From: a virus
Lineage: Duplodnaviria > Heunggongvirae > Uroviricota > Caudoviricetes
Direction: 5' to 3' (one strand)
Length of the DNA stretch: 64,000 nucleotides
Virus record (IMG/VR): IMGVR_UViG_3300032294_002926
Each line of letters opens with the position of its first letter. The first letter of the stretch is position 1. Below, piece by piece: positions 58,301 to 64,000 of the stretch. Below the pieces are notes generated by a model. It worked only from the letters and a program-made list of their open reading frames with translations. It had not been told where the DNA came from and searched no databases. The position numbers and the translations under genes were made by a program.

Positions 58301-59338
58301 GGTGTTCCCATTTTAAACGGAATTTCCGGTGAAGTTATAGAATCAAAAACTGCTTTTAATGCTGTAAGAGATTATGCAAAGAAGGCAATCACAAATCAAT
58401 TAAATTATCAAGATCTTACTTTACAAGGAGATCCAACAAATAAAGATGTTAATTCATGTGCAAATGTACAAAGTTTTATTGATAACTTAATTGCAACGGT
58501 AAACTCAGACTCGGTTGGAATTGGAACTACTCAATTGTCATTACCTTCTGTTTCAATGGCAAGTACAGTATTTACTTGTAATGTTGGAGTTTCTACTACA
58601 CCAAATCAAGTTTATGTCTCTGGTGGGACCGCAAGAATTAATACAGTTCGTCCATTTGATGGACAGGTGATATACTTTGGTGATCTTTATTATACTGTTG
58701 GAAACATTCAAATTTTAAATAACGGTTCTGGATATATCACTAGTCCAATTATTGAAATTCAAGAACCCGACGTATCTTGGGGAATTCCTGCTACTTCTGT
58801 TGCGGAAATTCGAAATGGATCTTTGACAAATATTGAAATTGTTTCGAGTGGTAGAGGATATAAAAATGTTCCGAAAATTACGATTAGTTCTCCTGATGTG
58901 GGTGTGAATACTGCTACTGCAATTGTTGAATTAATTCCTACTTATTATTCTATTCTTTCTTCCACTCCTGTATCCTCTGGAATTTGTACAGTTACAATTA
59001 ATCAAACTTTACCGTACGCTTTAAATTCTGGTACAAGAGTTGACATATATAAACAAAGTAGAATTTTAGCTTCCGGTCACTCTTTAGAATATATTGGTTC
59101 TGGAGTTAATATTTCAAGTGCTCTTCCCGCAGGAGGAGGTGTTCCAATTCAAGAAAATGAAACTGTATCTAAAAACGGAGGAATAGTGATATACACAACT
59201 ACAGATCAATCTGGTAATTTTAGAATTGGTGATGGAGTTGTTATTAATCAACAGACTGGAACAATTTCTGGTGATTTCTATTCTAAGAGTTTATTCTCAA
59301 CAGTTACACCATTTATCTTAGCATTAGGAGGAGAGTAA
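55343..59338 (+). CDS. Giant structural protein (1331 aa) with two internal tandem-repeat arrays; putative tail fibre/baseplate component
   Basis: Four ~42-aa repeats (YxDSYxLIQxNKxEIxDKSLAxIA...FPG) and five ~125-aa repeats (C.RDL.F..DAIS.D..TGGN.YSR.FT..YFN...NGLLGE..QS..AF.....AKKA.TNQLN...SGP..YN...SC.DV.S.I..LV.I.T). Confidence 0.6.
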   Translation: MSTRIRLKRSSVPGKIPLPGQLKNAEVAYNTYDGELYGKRERVGIGTDIVRIGSGATVTNILYVTEDGKDENTGKKLGDAKATIKGAIAAATTGTVIKVSAGSYIEDNPLIIPEQVSIVGDSLREVSVSPLNANQDLFYVSNGNYVAEMSYTGSLNSGKAIFAFNSEQIGYFDQSPYIQNCTNFIPNSIGLKIDGNNAIGPLKSMVLDSYTQYNQGGIGVSITNEGYAQLVSLFTICCDVAVYCGSGAACDLTNSNSSFGNYALVANGTSPKKYSGIITQNSLENDDTFVIDLNTPTLNVTNALYDNTSGILTAYTSTPHNFSVGMGVSLSNLQFTCQGIGGINTYPSGKYGYIFEVKTVAPGRYVDSYNLIQNNKLEIQDKSLAAIALNHPDFIFPGNSSSDLRYRYYDSYRLIQKNKQEIVDKSLASIAVGFPSNFKFPDDPVPFERNRFYDASGLIQRNKQEIIDKSIGAIAIAHTNFYFPGDFQTNSRSRYFDSYRLIQKNKNVIVSIAWTNTVSVYPEISSTQNKCKRDLDFFVDAISADVLTGGNNYSREFTLQYFNNGSLIVNGLLGEQTQSNYAFNQVRNLMKNAVTNTLVGAAYSDLSITPDSLTGFNTSPNSCADVRSNIDNLVSIVTTSIGSGNTSSLPSPNFGYFVGIGSTSSPGGLKCARDLGFMIEAISTDIFTGGNKYSRDFTLQYFNNNSPISNGLLGEESQSITAFLSASEFAKKAVTNQLNIKNLGISSGPAIYNGPGIAYTVYASGNPDSCADVRSNIDNLVGIITTVIGAGSTVSLQIFNENLGISTTNICARDLSYLVDAISTDIFTGGNKYSRDFTDFYFNGASSVGIGTSERLQSVYAFNTLGTYAKKAITNQLNYKEIGISSGPANYNSGGPNIPVLPSGNSESCTDVQSAINTLVGIVTTVIGSGSQSFLNTFSENSGTFSLGISKCYRDIGYLIDALSLDVRDYTNENIRDFISGYFNANGVPILNGISGEVIESKTAFNAVRDYAKKAITNQLNYQDLTLQGDPTNKDVNSCANVQSFIDNLIATVNSDSVGIGTTQLSLPSVSMASTVFTCNVGVSTTPNQVYVSGGTARINTVRPFDGQVIYFGDLYYTVGNIQILNNGSGYITSPIIEIQEPDVSWGIPATSVAEIRNGSLTNIEIVSSGRGYKNVPKITISSPDVGVNTATAIVELIPTYYSILSSTPVSSGICTVTINQTLPYALNSGTRVDIYKQSRILASGHSLEYIGSGVNISSALPAGGGVPIQENETVSKNGGIVIYTTTDQSGNFRIGDGVVINQQTGTISGDFYSKSLFSTVTPFILALGGE

Positions 59339-59339
59339 C

Positions 59340-59669
59340 ATGGCTTTAGCACTTAATATATTCAAAACAGTTACAAAAGTTGTGACTCTTACTCCTTCAA
59401 TTGTTTATACTGCTCCTGTAGGTTATACTGGTGTGGTTCTTTTGTCTCAGGTGACAAATACAGGTCCAGTTACATATGATGTGACTTTATTACATCGAAG
59501 AGGTAATGTTGATAGTGAAATTGCATATCAATTACCGGTGGAATCTCATGACACTCTTAATTTAATTCGGGGGAAATTGTGTCTTGAGAGTGGAGATAAA
59601 TTAGTATTGTATGGTAATAATGACACTCATTTAAAATTTGTTGTAAGTATTTTAGCTACACTTAATTAA
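59340..59669 (+). CDS. Hypothetical small protein (possible structural accessory)
   Basis: ATGA-type junction with the upstream giant ORF. Confidence 0.35.
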   Translation: MALALNIFKTVTKVVTLTPSIVYTAPVGYTGVVLLSQVTNTGPVTYDVTLLHRRGNVDSEIAYQLPVESHDTLNLIRGKLCLESGDKLVLYGNNDTHLKFVVSILATLN

Positions 59670-59677
59670 TTTTTAAT

Positions 59678-62600
59678 ATGCCCGAAAGATATCTAAGTAA
59701 TCGTCAAAAAAATCTCAAAGTTGGTATCAGTTCTTACACTGAGAATCAAACAGTAGTTCAGATTACTGGAAATGTTGGAATAGGAACAACATATTCTGGA
59801 GGACGATCTCTTTATGCAATTGGAGATGGAGAATTTACTGGTGTTCTTACTGCAAAGAATTTCATAGGAAACGTGACGGGTGATTCCGTATCTGTAACTT
59901 CTCTGAACGTTTCAGGAATTTCAACTTTAGGTACGGTAAGAATTTCTAGTGGAATTATTACATCAACTGTAGGAGTTGTTACTTATTATGGAGATGGTTC
60001 CAATTTAACTGGAGTTATTGCACAATCTCTTGTTGGAGTTGTTTCTTATTCTGATAGATCTGGAATTGCAACTTATTCTAATTTTGCAGGAATTGCTACG
60101 TATTCAGATACTTCTGGAATTGCTACTTATTCTAATTTTGCAGGCATTTCTACTTATTCTGAAAAATCTGGAGTATCCACTGCATTAGAAACTCCGAGAA
60201 CTTTTCAAATTACAGGAGATATTGTTGCGTCTCCAGTAATATTTGATGGTACAAATAATGTTTCACTTGCAGCGACAATTCAACCAAATAGTGTTGAATT
60301 GGGTCAAGATACGACTGGGGATTATGTTAAAGATATTTCTGGTACATCTCAGCAAATTGTTGTCACAAATGGGACCGGTGAAGGATCTACTTCAATAATA
60401 AGTCTTCCAACAAATTTATTCGCACCTCAAGATTTAACTGTTACAAGAGATTTACAAGTAAATAGAAATTTAAATGTTTCTGGAAATATTACTATTGGTG
60501 GTACTTCAGCAATCATTTATGCAACGGAATTAAGAGTTTCTGATTCAGATATTATTCTTGGATTTAGAAGTGATGTAAATGGAAATGATGTATCAAATGA
60601 TAATACTGCGAATCACGGAGGTGTTGCTTTAGCTTCTACTGAAGGTAGTCCTTTAGTGAATTTGTATATACCTGGAATTGAAGAAATTTCACCCACATAT
60701 AAAAAAATTATGTGGTTTAAAGAGGGTACTTTTTCTGGACTTGGGACTGATGCTTGGTTATTTAATTATGCAGTTGGTATTGGATCCACTCAATTTCCTA
60801 ATGGAACTAGACTTGCAGTTGGAGAAATTAAATTCACGGAAAAAGATTTATCTATCATAAGAAATATTAATTCTTATGGTATTATTACTGCAAGTAATTT
60901 TTATGGAGATGGTTCGAATTTAACGGGAATTGTCGCTTCTTCTATTGTTGGAATTGTCTCTTATGCAGATAGATCTGGAACTTCAACAAATGTATCAGGA
61001 GGAATTGCATCTGTAACTTCTCTAAATGTTTCAGGAATTTCAACTTTAGGTACGGTAAGAATTTCTGATGGAATTATCACATCAACTGTAGGAATTGTCA
61101 CTTATTATGGAGATGGTTCTAATTTAATTGGAGTTGCTGCATCTTCTCTTGTCGGATTTGCTTCGTATTCTGATAGATCTGGAATTGCAACTTATTCTGA
61201 TTTTTCAGGCATCTCTACTTATTCTAATTTTGCGGGAATTGCTACTTTTTCGAATAGATCTGGAATTGCAACTTATTCTGATTTTTCAGGCATCTCTACT
61301 TATTCTAATTTTGCGGGGATATCTACTTATTCTAATTTCTCAGGTATTGCTACTTTCTCGAATAGATCGGGAATTGCAACCTACTCTGATTTTTCAGGCA
61401 TCGCCACTTTCTCAAATAGATCTGGAGTTGCAACTTATTCTAATTTTGCTGGAATTGCAACCTACTCTGATTTTTCAGGTATCGCCACTTTCTCAAATAG
61501 ATCTGGAGTTGCAACTTATTCTAATTTTGCGGGAATTGCTACATATTCTGATTTTTCAGGTATCGCCACTTTCTCGAATAGATCGGGAATTGCAACCTAC
61601 TCTGATTTTTCTGGAATTGCTACTTTTTCAAGCAGATCTGGAATTGCTACATATTCAGATAGATCAGGAATTGCAACAAATGTATCAGGGGGAATTGCAT
61701 CTGTAACTTCTCTGAATGTTTCAGGAATTTCAACTTTAGGAACGGTAAGAATTTCTAGTGGAATTATTACATCAACTGTAGGAGTTGTTACTTATTATGG
61801 AGATGGTTCCAATTTAACGGGAATTGCTGTCACTATAGCAGTTGGAGTCACAACAAATGCTGATTATGCAACATCCTCTGGAGTAATTGCAACAACAAAT
61901 CTAAATCAATCTTTTAATATTCCATATCTTTTAAACAGTAGCGGATCTATATCCACGACTTATGTTTCACCATCAACTCTAACTTTTAATCCATCTACCA
62001 ATAATTTAGGTATAGGTACTAATATTCCTTTACAGAGAATTCAAGTTAATTCTAGAAATCAATTTATACCAAGTATTGTATCGATTGCTTCTTCTATTGG
62101 TATTTCTACAACTTTTATTACAGGTGTTAGCACTTCAGGTCTTTCTATTGGATTGGAATTACAACAAATTAATAATATTATTTCCTCTGGGACGACAATA
62201 ACATCTATTGGAATCAATACAATTGGAATAGGAACTACATCATTAAATAGTACTGCATTAGGTATAACTACTCTCACTTTTGGATCTAGAAGTGATTCTA
62301 GAGTGATTACATTCACTTCTGATGGTTCTATTGGAATAGGAACCACAAATCCTACTGTGAATTCTAAATTAGATGTATTTGGGTCTTTATTTTTAAGTTC
62401 TCCTGTTGGAACTGCGATAACGAATAAGGTAAGATTATCTTCTGTTCCTAGAGATAATGGAACTTTTGAAGTTGCTGGATTATATGGAAATCTTTCTAGT
62501 AATACTGGAAATCAATTATTTACAGCAAACAATACGAAAACAGGCGACTTTTTTAGAGTTACTGATTGGGATTCTACTTTAGGATTATCAACTTATTTAA

Positions 62601-64000
62601 GTGTTTCTAACACTGGTATTACTAGAGTTGATAAAATTTCAATTGGAAGAACTTCAGTAAATTCTTTTTATTCTCACGATTTATATAATAGATTAAATCT
62701 CAGATCTGCTTTTTCTACAACTACAAACTATATGTTTGTTGCTCCGAAAACATTAGACAGCGGATCAATCAGTTTTAATGCACCAGTAGGCGCTGCACAA
62801 ACAAATCAAGAAACTCAGATATTTAGTATTACTAATAATCTCACTTCTAGTATTTTTAGAGTAAATGATATTAATAGATCACCTATTTTTGAGGCAAGTT
62901 CTTCTGGGAATGTTGGCATAGGTATTACAAATCCTCTTGTCAGATTTCAAGTAAATGATAGAAATAATTTTATTCCAAGTTTTGTTGCAACAGCATCTAC
63001 AATTGGAGTAACAACAACAATAATTACCGGAGTTTCAACTGTTGGAATTTCGACGAATTTATCGATTCGAGATATTTTTGGTATTATTCGTGATAATACC
63101 ATTATTACTTCAGTAGGTATAAGTCAAATTGGAATTAATACAACTACATTAAATACTGGAATACAAACTAATATAAATTTAACTTTTGGTACCAGATCTG
63201 ATACTGGAATTGTTGCAATTACTTCTACTGGAAATGTGGGACTAGGTACAACCAGTCCTCAAGTAAAATTAGATGTATATGGATCAGCAAGAATTAATTC
63301 TGTAGGTTCTACTGCATTTCAACAGATTACTGCATCTCATTTTGCAAGAACTGGAGTTAATACAGTTAATCCAATTCGAGGATCACTTGTTCTTGATGGT
63401 ATTATAGATGCAACTACACTTAATGGTGGTCAATTAATAAGTATTCTGAATGATAACAATAGTCTATTATCTATTAATAGATATTCCAAATCTTTTCCGT
63501 CCGTTCAATCTGTTTTAGAAGTAACTCAATCTGGTAATATTGGTATCGGTACTACTTTACCAACTAATCTAATTGAGATTAATTCTACGAATGTATTTGT
63601 TACAACGGTTATTGCTTATGGTTCGACAATTGGAATTACAACGACTACGATAATTGGTATTAATACTAGTGGACTTAGAACAGGACTTGAAGTACAATCA
63701 TTAGTTTCTGGTATTGTTACTTCTGGGACCACTGTTACATCTATTGGTAGCAGTTCAATTGGTATTGGTAGAAGTACTTTGAATACTGGAATACAAACTA
63801 ATATTCCTTTTGTTTTCGGTACCAGAGATAATAATAGAGTTATTTCTATAACGTCACAAGGGTCTGTGGGACTAGGTACAACCAGTCCTCAAGTAAAATT
63901 AGATGTATATGGATCAGCGAAGATTAATTCTGTAGGTTCTGCTACATCTCAGCAAATTACTATATCTCATGAGGCCAGAACTGCACTTAATGCCATTAAT
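59678..64000 (+). CDS. Very large repeat-rich fibre-like protein, 3'-truncated by the window edge (>1440 aa)
   Basis: The open frame runs from ATG 59678 to the window end. It is Gly/Ser/Thr/Ile/Val-rich. ~27-aa (81-nt) units RSGIATYSDFSGISTYSNFAGIATFSN repeat ~7 times (61140-61700). The module VTYYGDGSNLTG...SLNVSGISTLGTVRISSGIITSTVG repeats 3 times. Modules like IGI.T..P..LQVNDRNNFIPS recur. Confidence 0.6.
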   Translation, partial: MPERYLSNRQKNLKVGISSYTENQTVVQITGNVGIGTTYSGGRSLYAIGDGEFTGVLTAKNFIGNVTGDSVSVTSLNVSGISTLGTVRISSGIITSTVGVVTYYGDGSNLTGVIAQSLVGVVSYSDRSGIATYSNFAGIATYSDTSGIATYSNFAGISTYSEKSGVSTALETPRTFQITGDIVASPVIFDGTNNVSLAATIQPNSVELGQDTTGDYVKDISGTSQQIVVTNGTGEGSTSIISLPTNLFAPQDLTVTRDLQVNRNLNVSGNITIGGTSAIIYATELRVSDSDIILGFRSDVNGNDVSNDNTANHGGVALASTEGSPLVNLYIPGIEEISPTYKKIMWFKEGTFSGLGTDAWLFNYAVGIGSTQFPNGTRLAVGEIKFTEKDLSIIRNINSYGIITASNFYGDGSNLTGIVASSIVGIVSYADRSGTSTNVSGGIASVTSLNVSGISTLGTVRISDGIITSTVGIVTYYGDGSNLIGVAASSLVGFASYSDRSGIATYSDFSGISTYSNFAGIATFSNRSGIATYSDFSGISTYSNFAGISTYSNFSGIATFSNRSGIATYSDFSGIATFSNRSGVATYSNFAGIATYSDFSGIATFSNRSGVATYSNFAGIATYSDFSGIATFSNRSGIATYSDFSGIATFSSRSGIATYSDRSGIATNVSGGIASVTSLNVSGISTLGTVRISSGIITSTVGVVTYYGDGSNLTGIAVTIAVGVTTNADYATSSGVIATTNLNQSFNIPYLLNSSGSISTTYVSPSTLTFNPSTNNLGIGTNIPLQRIQVNSRNQFIPSIVSIASSIGISTTFITGVSTSGLSIGLELQQINNIISSGTTITSIGINTIGIGTTSLNSTALGITTLTFGSRSDSRVITFTSDGSIGIGTTNPTVNSKLDVFGSLFLSSPVGTAITNKVRLSSVPRDNGTFEVAGLYGNLSSNTGNQLFTANNTKTGDFFRVTDWDSTLGLSTYLSVSNTGITRVDKISIGRTSVNSFYSHDLYNRLNLRSAFSTTTNYMFVAPKTLDSGSISFNAPVGAAQTNQETQIFSITNNLTSSIFRVNDINRSPIFEASSSGNVGIGITNPLVRFQVNDRNNFIPSFVATASTIGVTTTIITGVSTVGISTNLSIRDIFGIIRDNTIITSVGISQIGINTTTLNTGIQTNINLTFGTRSDTGIVAITSTGNVGLGTTSPQVKLDVYGSARINSVGSTAFQQITASHFARTGVNTVNPIRGSLVLDGIIDATTLNGGQLISILNDNNSLLSINRYSKSFPSVQSVLEVTQSGNIGIGTTLPTNLIEINSTNVFVTTVIAYGSTIGITTTTIIGINTSGLRTGLEVQSLVSGIVTSGTTVTSIGSSSIGIGRSTLNTGIQTNIPFVFGTRDNNRVISITSQGSVGLGTTSPQVKLDVYGSAKINSVGSATSQQITISHEARTALNAIN

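Noticed and set aside
61140-61700. Regular 27/81-nt tandem repeats that might look like a CRISPR array
   Set aside because: The repeats are contiguous with no unique spacers, lie in frame within a long ORF, and encode a sensible peptide repeat. They are a coding tandem repeat, not CRISPR.
61128-61706. 192-aa + strand ORF made of LELQLILIFQASLLILIL repeats
   Set aside because: It is an alternate frame of the 81-nt tandem repeat inside the fibre gene, so it is a frame artefact of repetitive DNA.

Overview
AT-rich window from a large T4-like cyanophage, almost all of it coding on the + strand. Phage core genes: a gp41-type DnaB helicase, gp61-like primase, class I ribonucleotide reductase nrdA/nrdB, a gp17-like terminase ATPase, an ATP-dependent DNA ligase-like gene and MazG. 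Cyanophage auxiliary genes: a full-length psbA (D1), two hli genes and tandem HEAT-repeat genes. Mobile and split elements are unusually dense: the helicase is fractured by a gp41-1-like split intein flanking an endonuclease gene; nrdA carries a 155-aa mini-intein; an intron-containing tRNA (reconstructed here by hand) encloses a LAGLIDADG ORF; nadV is interrupted by a putative group I intron carrying an HNH ORF; at least six further free-standing endonuclease genes are present (GIY-YIG, HNH, Zn-finger/Vsr-like). A translation cluster holds a tyrosyl-tRNA synthetase, a PTH2 peptidyl-tRNA hydrolase and about eight tRNA genes. An NAD+ salvage module (NadV + NadM-Nudix + macro domain) matches the NARP2 anti-defence pathway. 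Host-like envelope and stress genes follow: an SLH/OprB-type porin, Dps, an SPFH/flotillin protein, an L,D-transpeptidase, and a ~9-kb LPS/heptose glycosylation cluster. The window ends with two giant repeat-rich structural (fibre-like) proteins. All tRNA and splice-junction coordinates are hand-derived and carry ±1-2 nt uncertainty. Folded tRNA coordinates were read off the 60-nt line grid (start/end-checked grid positions for ORFs 28518..29162 and 29178..30014 disagree by 1 nt with the printed line near 29160).
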